In this document: positions 51,091-60,185 of the stretch, in pieces
Numbering within the stretch: the first letter of the stretch is position 1
Layout of the letters: the number at the start of each line of letters is the position of its first letter
Assembly: GCA_038891055.1 (NCBI GenBank)
Contig: JAWAEU010000005.1
Location: forward strand, 19,330 to 83,329
Direction of reading: 5' to 3'
From: Candidatus Anstonellaceae archaeon
GTDB taxonomy: Archaea > Micrarchaeota > Micrarchaeia > Anstonellales > Anstonellaceae
Length of the DNA: 64,000 nucleotides
The notes under the pieces: model-generated
The model's database searches: none
The model's input: only the letters and a program-made list of their open reading frames with translations
Told to the model about the DNA's origin: nothing
Made by a program: the position numbers and the translations under genes

Positions 51091-52743
51091 ATGGATTCAG
51101 ATAGCATTTTTAAGAATTTTAAGGAACATTCTGTTGCAGAATTTTTTAGAAAAAATAAGCAAATGCTTGGGTTTTCTGGAAAAATAAGATCTCTCACTAC
51201 CATAGTGCACGAATATGTAACTAATTCACTTGATGCTTGTGAAGAAGCTCAAATCTTGCCTGATATAGATGTGCAAATTTTAGAGGAAGGAGAATTTTAT
51301 AGGGTGATTGTAAAAGATAATGGCCCAGGTATACCAAGAGAGCATTTAGGAAAAGCATTAGGTCAAATGCTAGCAGGCACAAAATTTCATCGCTATATTC
51401 AACAGAGAGGGCAGCAGGGAATAGGAGCTGCTGGCTGTACACTATATGCCCAACTTACTTCAGGAAAGCCAATTTATGTAGTATCTCATTATAATAATCA
51501 GGTAATAAAATGCAATATTTCTATAGATGTGAGAACAAACAGCCCAATAATTTCAAACGAGATTGTAGAAGAAAACAAAGATGGTACTCATGGCTTGTAT
51601 ATAGAAGGTATTTTTGGAGAAGTAAAATATGACAAATCACAGCAAGGTCCATACGAATATATAAAAAGAACTGCACTTGCAAATCCTCATCTTACGATTT
51701 CTATATTAGAACCAAATGGTAATAGAACCACTTTTTCTAGATCAACTGACAAAATTCCTTCAAGACCACTAGAGGTTTTACCTCATCCTCTTGGTGTTGG
51801 AATTGCTGATTTATTTGAATTAGCTCACAACCAAAAAGATCACAGAACTCTCAAAGGATTTTTACAACACTCATTTCAGAGAATATCATCTCAAAAAATA
51901 GAAGAAATTCAAAAACTTGTAAATGGTACTGTACCAGGTATAATTTTTGTAGATCTGCTAAAAAATCCATCTGAGTTGACTTGGGAAGAAGCAGAAGCTT
52001 TAGTGAAAGCCTTTTCTAAAATAAAATGGGTAGCTCCTTCCTCTGATTGTTTGAGGCCAATTGGAGCAGAGCGAATTCAATCGTCTTTAGCAAGTATTTT
52101 GTCTCCAGATTTTATAGTAGTTAGTCAGAGGCCTAGTAAAATTTATAGGGGAGGAATTCCATTTTTAGTAGAAGCAGCTTTGGCTTGGGGAGGAAATGCA
52201 GGAAGAATTCTACAAAATTCAGAAGTAACTTATGATATTGTAAGGTATGCAAACTCAGCCCCGCTGTTGTTTGATTCTTATGCTTGTGCTATTAGTCAGG
52301 CAGTTAAAGATATTGATTGGAAGAGATATCAAATAAAAGATATCGAGCATTCCCCCCTCACTATTTTTGTTAATTTTGTATCTGTGCATGTACCATATAT
52401 CTCTACAGGCAAACAAGCTATTTCTCCAGAAGAAGAAATACTGCAAGAAATAAAATATGCACTAATGGATTGTGCAAGAAGATTGCAATCCTACATTTCG
52501 GGGGTGAATAGAGAGAGAGAAATTCAAAGCAGAAAAAATGTAATTTTGCGCTATGTCTCAGAAGTTTCTAAAGATTTAGCAGAATTATCAGAAATTGCTT
52601 CTAAAGAAGAATTAGAAAAAAGATTAAAGGAAATGGTTGAAACAAAATACCTAACAAAACTTTTAGACGACTCTGCAGATGAAGAGGAGCAAAAATCACA
52701 AGAGAAGGAAATTAGCCCAGATGAAGAAGAAAAAGAAGAATAA
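51091..52743 (+). CDS. top6B: DNA topoisomerase VI subunit B
   Basis: SVAEFF, EYVTNSLDA, DNGPGI, RGQQGIG, RYAN..PL. Confidence 0.96.
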   Translation: MDSDSIFKNFKEHSVAEFFRKNKQMLGFSGKIRSLTTIVHEYVTNSLDACEEAQILPDIDVQILEEGEFYRVIVKDNGPGIPREHLGKALGQMLAGTKFHRYIQQRGQQGIGAAGCTLYAQLTSGKPIYVVSHYNNQVIKCNISIDVRTNSPIISNEIVEENKDGTHGLYIEGIFGEVKYDKSQQGPYEYIKRTALANPHLTISILEPNGNRTTFSRSTDKIPSRPLEVLPHPLGVGIADLFELAHNQKDHRTLKGFLQHSFQRISSQKIEEIQKLVNGTVPGIIFVDLLKNPSELTWEEAEALVKAFSKIKWVAPSSDCLRPIGAERIQSSLASILSPDFIVVSQRPSKIYRGGIPFLVEAALAWGGNAGRILQNSEVTYDIVRYANSAPLLFDSYACAISQAVKDIDWKRYQIKDIEHSPLTIFVNFVSVHVPYISTGKQAISPEEEILQEIKYALMDCARRLQSYISGVNREREIQSRKNVILRYVSEVSKDLAELSEIASKEELEKRLKEMVETKYLTKLLDDSADEEEQKSQEKEISPDEEEKEE

Positions 52744-52760
52744 ATTTTTGGGGTGAGTCT

Positions 52761-53891
52761 ATGAGACAAAAAATTAAAAAAGATTTGATAAAACAGGATA
52801 GCTCTATTGTTATAAAAAAGCTCGAGGATTTTGGCTCAAAATTAGTGCAAGATATAAAAAGTGGTCAATCTCCTACTTTTGAAATACCACTACGCTCAAA
52901 ATCAAATGTTTTTTTTGATGAACAATTAAACTATTTAAGGTTAGGGGAAAAAAAGGAAAAAAGGACATTCCTAAGTGCAGCACAAGCAAAAAAATTTATG
53001 CAAACAATAGCAATAGCAAATAAATGTAAAAAATTTTTGAAAGAAAACTCACACACTTCTATAAGGGGTTTGTTTTATCAACTAAAATTTTCTTTAGGTG
53101 ATGATTTAGATGAGGAGTTATTCTCTGAACAATCAGAATCAAATCCACTAATAGAGGATTTAGAAGTATCTTTAAATGTAAAGAGAGAGGACTTAAATTT
53201 AAATACTGATAGAAAGGGAGTAGTTGCAGGTAATATGGTATTAAAAGACAGTTTTGGAGGAGAAGAGACGATTATTGATTGCTCCAAGCAAGGGAGGTCT
53301 GGATGGATGATTCCTTCAGATGTGGATAATGGAATGGAAATAATGAGTTTGGAGGCAGATTATGTTTTAGTAGTAGAAAAGGACGCTATGTGGCAAAGAT
53401 TAAATGAAGATAAATTTTGGAAAAAAGAAAATTGTATTTTGATCACCCCCAAGGGCCAAGCTTCTAGGGGGTGTAGAAGATTAATAAAAAAACTCTCAGA
53501 TCTAAATTTACCAATCTATATATTTACTGATTGTGATGCATGGGGTTGGTATATCTATTGGACAATAAAAACAGGTTCAATGAATTTGGCATATATTGCA
53601 GATAGTATCGCCACTCCAAATGCAAAATTTGTTGGAGTTACCATGAGAGATATAAAAGACTACGACTTTTTAAAGAATTTAACAATAAATGCAAAAGAAG
53701 TCGATTTAAAAAGGGCAGAAGAAATGCTAAGTTATGATTGGATAAAGCGCTATCCCCAGTGGGTAGAGGAATTAAAAATAGTACTAAAGACAAAAAAGAA
53801 ATTAGAACAAGATGCACTTCAAGGCCCAAGTTTATCTTTTGTTGGAAAATATCTAAAAGAAAAAATCGAGCAAAAGAAGTTTTTGCCCTAA
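52761..53891 (+). CDS. top6A: DNA topoisomerase VI subunit A
   Basis: IRGLFY catalytic Tyr, VVEKDA, DCDAWG TOPRIM, KLEQDAL. Confidence 0.96.
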   Translation: MRQKIKKDLIKQDSSIVIKKLEDFGSKLVQDIKSGQSPTFEIPLRSKSNVFFDEQLNYLRLGEKKEKRTFLSAAQAKKFMQTIAIANKCKKFLKENSHTSIRGLFYQLKFSLGDDLDEELFSEQSESNPLIEDLEVSLNVKREDLNLNTDRKGVVAGNMVLKDSFGGEETIIDCSKQGRSGWMIPSDVDNGMEIMSLEADYVLVVEKDAMWQRLNEDKFWKKENCILITPKGQASRGCRRLIKKLSDLNLPIYIFTDCDAWGWYIYWTIKTGSMNLAYIADSIATPNAKFVGVTMRDIKDYDFLKNLTINAKEVDLKRAEEMLSYDWIKRYPQWVEELKIVLKTKKKLEQDALQGPSLSFVGKYLKEKIEQKKFLP

Positions 53892-53953
53892 ATATTTTTT
53901 ATTTGCTATAAATAGAGCTAATCTTTTTATTTTTATTTGAGCTTATTATTTTT

Positions 53954-55231
53954 ATGTCTGATTCTATTGGTGTGGAGAGCACTCTACCCTCAGTCGTATT
54001 AACTAAAGAGGCAAATGATTTTTTAGACGAACTGGTTTTATCTAAATCTTCAAATGATCAAATAATTGAGAAATTATCGGATCTAAAAGATAAAATGTTA
54101 ATGATGGGATTCAATTCTCCTTTTAGAGCTATGGTTTTTAAAACTTATAGGGAATTTGTTGAAAATTCTAAATCTGATTTGTTAGATCAAAAAAAGCAAA
54201 AAAGCTATTTTGTTTATTTAGCCTCTTTAAAAAAATTTACACTCAATAGAGTAGCTGTAGCTTATGCAGCCCACAAATTAAAAAATTCTTTAGAAAAGTT
54301 AGGTTATGGCTATTTGGTTGAATTTCTCCCCTATGGCGGAGAATATCGCCAAAAGCTATTAGATATTTATGCTTTAGAATCTTATTTATACTTGCAGGAG
54401 TTGTTTAAGCCACTAAAGCTAGAGCATCAACCAAATAAGTTAATTAATTTTGATAAACACTACAAAATTTTTACAAGAAAATCATTGATTTTTAAATCGT
54501 ATGCTTCTAAGGTAGCACTTTTTTGTGCAATTGCAAATTTTGCTGCAAAAAAAGTAAAAGAGGAACTGAACCTATCTATTCCCCCCGAAGTTAGTGAATA
54601 TAATAAAATTCTAAAAAGCTATGGTTTTGTTGAGGATGCTGTAATCACATCTATAGAGAATTATCCAAATTTATTTGAACAACTAAAAGAAAAAAAATTT
54701 TTGTTAAAATCAAAAGATAGTTTTTATTTAGATCCAGATTTAGAGGCAAAATTAAATAAAAGAAGAAATGAGAAAAAAAATAAAACAATCTTATATTCTG
54801 CAGAAATTCTATTTAATTTGTTGTTTGATTATTATCTTATCACAAATTTAGCCGCAAGAGAATCTACTGTGGTTTTATATTCTGTTAGTCCAAATCCACC
54901 AAAGGAGCATTTAGAGGTTTTAGACGAGCTCTGCCCACAAAAAGATTTTTCTCCTTCATTTTTTTTAGAAGAAAAATTTTTATTAGAAAAACAAAAAGTC
55001 CCGCTCAACCCAAAATTAGTTGGAGTTTCCTTTTTTTGTATAAAGGCAAATAAAGATCCTCAAGAGATGGCAAAAAGATATGATTTAGATTATCAAGAAC
55101 TTCAAGAGGCAATATTTTTAATAAAGGATATTATTGAAAATAAAGATCAAAAGCTTTCAATCTTTTTAGAAAGTCTTAAATCTGAGGATGAGAATGATAA
55201 TTCTAAAGGGGAAGAGAAAGGAAATATTTGA
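53954..55231 (+). CDS. DUF530-like conserved archaeal protein
   Basis: NDFLD...MGFNSPF...KKFTLNRV...LPYGGEY resembles that family. Confidence 0.6.
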   Translation: MSDSIGVESTLPSVVLTKEANDFLDELVLSKSSNDQIIEKLSDLKDKMLMMGFNSPFRAMVFKTYREFVENSKSDLLDQKKQKSYFVYLASLKKFTLNRVAVAYAAHKLKNSLEKLGYGYLVEFLPYGGEYRQKLLDIYALESYLYLQELFKPLKLEHQPNKLINFDKHYKIFTRKSLIFKSYASKVALFCAIANFAAKKVKEELNLSIPPEVSEYNKILKSYGFVEDAVITSIENYPNLFEQLKEKKFLLKSKDSFYLDPDLEAKLNKRRNEKKNKTILYSAEILFNLLFDYYLITNLAARESTVVLYSVSPNPPKEHLEVLDELCPQKDFSPSFFLEEKFLLEKQKVPLNPKLVGVSFFCIKANKDPQEMAKRYDLDYQELQEAIFLIKDIIENKDQKLSIFLESLKSEDENDNSKGEEKGNI

Positions 55232-55586
55232 ATTGATAAAATCCTCTCCTAAAGATATAGCAGAAGTAAAAATTTTAGTAAAGCCATCTAAAAAATTATT
55301 TTTTTATATTCTAAAATATCTCCCAAATATTCAGAGAATTTATGTTTCTGAGGGCATATACAAAACTATTTCAAAAAAGATAGTGGCAGCTCTAAATAGG
55401 GCTTCAGTAGAGGTAGTTGTATTTTCAGCTAAAGTTGGAAGGCCGGAGGTTTTTCCTTCATCTAAAAAAAATCAAGCTTTAGAGTTAATAAAACAAAATC
55501 TACCAGCCAAACAAATTTCACAATCAACTGCACTCCCACTCTCCACGATTTATTTTTTAAGAAAAAAATACAAAAACCGCCTATAA
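55188..55586 (+). CDS. DUF1699-like protein with C-terminal HTH
   Basis: LPNIQRIYVS...KTIS...GRP, followed by resolvase-like HTH (AKQISQSTALPLSTIY). Confidence 0.6.
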   Translation: MRMIILKGKRKEIFELIKSSPKDIAEVKILVKPSKKLFFYILKYLPNIQRIYVSEGIYKTISKKIVAALNRASVEVVVFSAKVGRPEVFPSSKKNQALELIKQNLPAKQISQSTALPLSTIYFLRKKYKNRL

Positions 55587-56219
55587 TCTCATTTTACAAA
55601 TTTTATTTATAGGGCAAATAGAGCAGGTCGGATTTCTTGCTTTACAATATTTTCTTCCATGAGCAATCATCAAATTAGTATAAATGCCCCAATATTTTTT
55701 TGGGATTATTTCCATTAGTTCTTTTTCAATTTTTAGTGGGCTGTATCTATTTGTAGTTATACCAATTCTATATGAAACTCTAGAACAATGGGTATCAACA
55801 GCCACTCCTTCAGTCTTGTTATATCCAAAATAAAGTACTATATTTGCAGTTTTTCTTCCTACTCCATCTAATTTTATTAGCTCTTGCATAGTGGATGGGA
55901 CTTTTTTTACTTTTAAAATTTTCTTGGAAGTGTTTATTATATACTTTGCTTTTTGTTTGTAATAACCAACAGGCCTTATTATTTTTTCAACATCTTCTCT
56001 ACAAGCTTTTGCTAATTTTTGCGGATTAGGATATTTTTTGAAGAGAAGGTCGGTTACTTTGTTTACTCTCTCATCTGTAGTTTGGGCTGAAAGTATTACA
56101 GCTATAAGTAGCTGAAAAACATTTTTATATTTTAATTTTGTTTTTGGATTTTTGTAGATCCTACTTAAAGCCTTTATAACTCTTAGGGCGAGTTTTTTTC
56201 TAATCTTCAAACTCTCCAT
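55581..56219 (-). CDS. nth: Endonuclease III
   Basis: ILSAQTTD, HhH GVGRKTA, VDTH, C-x6-C-x2-C-x5-C. Confidence 0.95.
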   Translation of the reverse strand: MESLKIRKKLALRVIKALSRIYKNPKTKLKYKNVFQLLIAVILSAQTTDERVNKVTDLLFKKYPNPQKLAKACREDVEKIIRPVGYYKQKAKYIINTSKKILKVKKVPSTMQELIKLDGVGRKTANIVLYFGYNKTEGVAVDTHCSRVSYRIGITTNRYSPLKIEKELMEIIPKKYWGIYTNLMIAHGRKYCKARNPTCSICPINKICKMRL

Positions 56220-57177
56220 CTAATATTTCCACTCCATCCTTTTGCACCAATAGCGTATGCTCAAATTGTGAGACAAGGCCATCTCTTGCCTCTCTTAGTA
56301 CATAATAGGGATGCAAACATCCCTCTTCAAGTAGTTCTTTTAGTGAAGCATTTAGTAAAAGGGTTGTTTTTATCATCCCACTTATCCATCTCCTTGCAAA
56401 AGGTAAGCCTTTATATTTTAACAATAATTTAGTAAATAATTCCCTACTAGAGCGCATCCTAAGCTTTCCCCCACTAATAATAGAATATATTTCTACATTT
56501 GGAGTTTCTACTACTCTTCCCTCTCCATTAGTTGCAAAAGGCTCTATTGCAACAATATCTCCCTCTCTAAAATAATAACTATCTTCTTTAGCTATGTTTG
56601 GTATATCTATTCCAGCATGCAAGTTATATTTTTCTATTAAGTGGCCAGTTAAATTTGTTATTGGTCTAAATCCATACTCCTTTATTTTTTCTTCTATTTT
56701 TTTCCCTACCTCTCCATCCCCTACTCCTTCCTTTATTGTTTGAATGGCAACTTTTAGTGCTTCTTTTGAGGCTTTAAGTAATTTTTCATTCTTTTCTGAT
56801 AAATCTATAGTAATGGCATTATCTACAATGCAACCATCAATCTGAACTCCAAAATCAACCTTTACAATATCTTCGTCTTTTATAGTTGTCTGATCTTCAA
56901 TTTGAGGAGTATAGTGGGCAGCTATCTGGTTTATTGAGAGATTAACTGGAAAGGCTGGCTCCCCACCTTCATCTCTTATCATTTTTTCTATTGTTTCAGC
57001 AATATCTAAAAGGGTTTCTCCAGGATTTACTAAATTCTTGAGATGCTTTCTTATCTTTTCTGTAATTTTACCTGCCTTTTTATATTTTTCTAAATCCTTC
57101 CAATAATTTTCTTCTCTCTCCTCTATTTCTTCATGCGTAAAATTTTTTTCATTTTCTTCTTCTATCATCTTTTTCAT
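56200..57177 (-). CDS. map: Methionine aminopeptidase type II
   Basis: AFPVN.SIN..AAHYTP, KVDFG..IDG...D, NLTGH, IEPFAT, QFEHT. Confidence 0.95.
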   Translation of the reverse strand: MKKMIEEENEKNFTHEEIEEREENYWKDLEKYKKAGKITEKIRKHLKNLVNPGETLLDIAETIEKMIRDEGGEPAFPVNLSINQIAAHYTPQIEDQTTIKDEDIVKVDFGVQIDGCIVDNAITIDLSEKNEKLLKASKEALKVAIQTIKEGVGDGEVGKKIEEKIKEYGFRPITNLTGHLIEKYNLHAGIDIPNIAKEDSYYFREGDIVAIEPFATNGEGRVVETPNVEIYSIISGGKLRMRSSRELFTKLLLKYKGLPFARRWISGMIKTTLLLNASLKELLEEGCLHPYYVLREARDGLVSQFEHTLLVQKDGVEILDGEFED

Positions 57178-57829
57178 CCTCCCTTATTTTTTTTAGAATT
57201 TCCAAAAAGTCATAATCCTTTTCTGCCGCATCAGCTAAATATTTTTTGTTTTTAATCTTTATTATTTTTATACCTAATTGTTTTGGAATTTTCCAATCTT
57301 TTATAGGGTGGTCTCCTACCATCAATACATTTTCTTTTTTTAGTTTGAGCTTTTTTAGTAATTGTTTATAAAATTTTTTTGTTTTTTTTGCAGTTATAAA
57401 AAAATCATCGAAGTATTTTTCTATTCCAAGTCTAATTATTTTTTCCCATTGCTTTTTTTTAATCCCTTCACTCACTAAGTACAGTTTGTATTTATTTTTT
57501 AATATTTTTAAGACTTTTTTTACATTTTTATATAATTTTATTTTTCTTTTTGTCTTGTGATAAGCAATTATTCCAGCCGCAATTATTTTTTCTTTATGTT
57601 TTTGGTTTTTTGAAATCTTATTTAATAATTTGTCAAAATGAAATTGGTAATTTGAACCATACTTTTTAATTATTCTATCCAGTTCCTCTAAACCCTCTTG
57701 TTGTGTTGTTTTAAGCCCATATCTTATCATATTTTTTATAGCGTTCTCTCTTGCCAACTTAGCATAGTACCTAGTGGGATAAAGTGTATTGTCTAAGTCA
57801 AAAAATATTGCTTTTATTTTTTTTTCCAT
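57149..57829 (-). CDS. HAD-superfamily hydrolase
   Basis: FFDLDNTLY, KQWEKI.RLG, MVGD...D. Confidence 0.88.
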   Translation of the reverse strand: MEKKIKAIFFDLDNTLYPTRYYAKLARENAIKNMIRYGLKTTQQEGLEELDRIIKKYGSNYQFHFDKLLNKISKNQKHKEKIIAAGIIAYHKTKRKIKLYKNVKKVLKILKNKYKLYLVSEGIKKKQWEKIIRLGIEKYFDDFFITAKKTKKFYKQLLKKLKLKKENVLMVGDHPIKDWKIPKQLGIKIIKIKNKKYLADAAEKDYDFLEILKKIREDEKDDRRRK

Positions 57830-57852
57830 TATTTAATTTTTTACTTTTATCT

Positions 57853-57951
57853 AAAAAAAGCTTTTGTCTACTCTAAGGGTGGGCTTGGTACACCGTCAAA
57901 GCGGCTCCAACCCCACCTCCCACATATTTCCCCAACCATTTTTGTTGGGAT
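57853..57951 (-). ncRNA. Candidate structured ncRNA or leader RNA
   Basis: GC-rich island with two hairpins, upstream TTTTAAAT box (57971-57978) and downstream U7 tract. Confidence 0.5.
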
Positions 57952-58154
57952 TTAATTATAGAACAAAAAAATTTAAAAGGGTTTTTTTGTTTTCTCTTAT
58001 AACTGGCGCTAAATTTTTATTTTTATTTTATCAAACAAACTTACTACTATTAAAAAGTTTATCAATTAAAATTCAAAATTAGCTTTTATAAAAACAAAAA
58101 AGTTTTGCTTAAAAAAATAAAAATTAAAAATAAATAAATAAAAAAGAAAGAGGT

Positions 58155-59321
58155 TTATTGAATTAGACGTTTTTCTACTTGTTGCTCTCCATTGTTGGTA
58201 GTTGTTAGTATCAAGAGGTTACCTTTTTTGCCTTCTTTGTTTAATTGTCCAATTACATATTTTAGTGCTAGATCTTTTTGCATTGGTTGGTTAAACTTAA
58301 CTTCCATGACTTGCTCTCCAAGTAAATTATATACATTCACTCTAATTAGTTGGTCTTTTTCAATATAATTTGTTACAGCTGAAGGTTGTTGTTCCTGGTA
58401 TTTTTTGATAACTTGAGTGTAGCTTAATTCTGCTTTAGTTTCAGTTCTAATCCTATTAGACCTTAGTTTAACTCCCTCCACTTTAGAGGTTTGTCCCTCA
58501 AAAAGTGGAAAAATTTTTTCCTTATCGAACTTTCCAATACACATTCCAACAAATTCCCTTGACTGCAGGTCATAAACATAAATCTCAGGTACATTATTTT
58601 TAGCTTTTGCTTCGAAGGTGATATATCTTCCTTCCCATCCAATTTTTATGATTCCACCAACATATGCAGTGTCCATAGAATAGAGTGGCATTTTTGCTGC
58701 TATTAGTTTTTTATTTTCTAATACGTAAGCTCGCATATTTCCAGTGCTGTCTTTTATTATTACTATATCTCTATTCTTTGAATCGTAAACGTTTTTATCC
58801 ACTCCAGGTACAAAAATTACTCCATCTGTTTGAGATATTTTTGCAACTACTTCTATTGTATCTCTCTTTCCAGTTGAATCTTGAACTTCTACTTTTGTAT
58901 CGTGTAGTAATTCAAAATCCACAATTTTTAAACCACCAATTGTTTCTCCTAAATTTTTTATTACAATATTATTAACTATTGTATCTTTATTTGGTTGAAT
59001 TTGGACCTTCTCTATTTGGATGCTATCTCCTTTAACTAAATATTTAGAAATTTTCTTCCCCATTCCATTGATATTAACGCTATCTACATATAATTTCTCG
59101 CCCAATTCATTTGCAATTCCAATTATTCTAAGTGTGTCTTTTGTATCTTTTTTTATTATTATATTCTCTTGCAGAGGACTAAAAGTAGTATCTGGTTTTA
59201 TATAATACCCCCTCTCAAATAACACAGTATCTTTCTGAATGTCACTAGCTTTGAGGGTGTTAACAGAAATTACTCCCATAGCCATTGCAGAAATTCCAAC
59301 CACATTTCTCCTATTTTTCAT
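58155..59321 (-). CDS. Secreted protein with T9SS-type C-terminal sorting-domain-like tail
   Basis: Signal peptide ending TLKA; tail SAVTN...IRVNVYNLLGEQV...GNLLI...EKRLIQ; AGGTGA SD. Confidence 0.7.
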   Translation of the reverse strand: MKNRRNVVGISAMAMGVISVNTLKASDIQKDTVLFERGYYIKPDTTFSPLQENIIIKKDTKDTLRIIGIANELGEKLYVDSVNINGMGKKISKYLVKGDSIQIEKVQIQPNKDTIVNNIVIKNLGETIGGLKIVDFELLHDTKVEVQDSTGKRDTIEVVAKISQTDGVIFVPGVDKNVYDSKNRDIVIIKDSTGNMRAYVLENKKLIAAKMPLYSMDTAYVGGIIKIGWEGRYITFEAKAKNNVPEIYVYDLQSREFVGMCIGKFDKEKIFPLFEGQTSKVEGVKLRSNRIRTETKAELSYTQVIKKYQEQQPSAVTNYIEKDQLIRVNVYNLLGEQVMEVKFNQPMQKDLALKYVIGQLNKEGKKGNLLILTTTNNGEQQVEKRLIQ

Positions 59322-59467
59322 ATTTTCACCTATTTTTCATTATTTATAACTATATATTGTAGCTAAAGATTTATAAACCTTTGTGTTTATTTTTGTAATT
59401 AGATGGTTTAATTTTTTGAGCTTTTAGAGTAGAAAAGAAAGAGTGGGGGAAGGGGGGTAATTAAATT

Positions 59468-59815
59468 TTAAAACGAGTTTGTTTTTTTCTTTTCTTCTAT
59501 ATCTATTATCGCTTTTGCAATATCATAATTTGCAGCTTTTAGTGCTTCAATTGCCTCTTGTTCACTACAAGAAGTCTTTGACATTATTAATTTTATCTCT
59601 TCTGTAGAGATGTTTTGTTCTTTTTTTATTTTTCCACTTATTTGATAGCTAACCTCCTCTCTTACCTTTATTTCAATCACTTGAGGTTGTTGAATAACTA
59701 TATTATAATTTGGAGTTTTAATTACAACTTCTATTGCTTCTATCTCACTACTTTCAACTCCAAATTGTTTTAACATTTTGGACAGCTGCTTTGAATCTAA
59801 ATTAGGACCAAACAT
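59468..59815 (-). CDS. nac: Nascent polypeptide-associated complex protein
   Basis: MLKQFGV...EI.A.EVVIK...P.V...SYQISG, C-terminal UBA (DIAKAI). Confidence 0.92.
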   Translation of the reverse strand: MFGPNLDSKQLSKMLKQFGVESSEIEAIEVVIKTPNYNIVIQQPQVIEIKVREEVSYQISGKIKKEQNISTEEIKLIMSKTSCSEQEAIEALKAANYDIAKAIIDIEEKKKTNSF

Positions 59816-59878
59816 AAATCTCCCCTTTTAAATAGTTTTACAACAAATAATTATAAAACATTTCTGTTTTATTTTTTT

Positions 59879-60172
59879 ATGCAAAAACAAAAAGTGGATA
59901 GCGTTATTATTTGCCCAAAGTGTGGTACGAGGCATTTAGCAAATGCCAAATATTGCACAAAGTGTGGCTATATTTTTGTATCCCCTCACAAAAAAATAGA
60001 AAAAGTTTCTGCAAAACTAGAAAAAAAAGAGGAAAAAACTCAAAAAGAAAATTTAGAAACAAAAATAGAATCAATAAACACTTCTCTTTCAAATAAATTA
60101 GTTTGCCCAATTTGTCATACTTCATTTTCTTCAAATCTAAAAAGATGTCCAAAATGTGGATTTAAAATATAA
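59879..60172 (+). CDS. Multiple zinc-ribbon protein
   Basis: CPKCG, CTKCG, CPICH, CPKCG knuckles. Confidence 0.85.
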   Translation: MQKQKVDSVIICPKCGTRHLANAKYCTKCGYIFVSPHKKIEKVSAKLEKKEEKTQKENLETKIESINTSLSNKLVCPICHTSFSSNLKRCPKCGFKI

Positions 60173-60185
60173 TTAGTCAGCTACT

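Noticed and set aside
57864..58082. 72-aa plus-strand ORF, and a 23-aa minus-strand ORF (MVGEICGRW...), over the GC-rich island
   Set aside because: No SD or recognisable protein; RNA base-pairing explains the composition better, though a leader peptide is not excluded
59445..59457. G5 and G6 tracts as a G-quadruplex
   Set aside because: Only two tracts; more likely part of a pyrimidine-rich terminator region of nac on the minus strand
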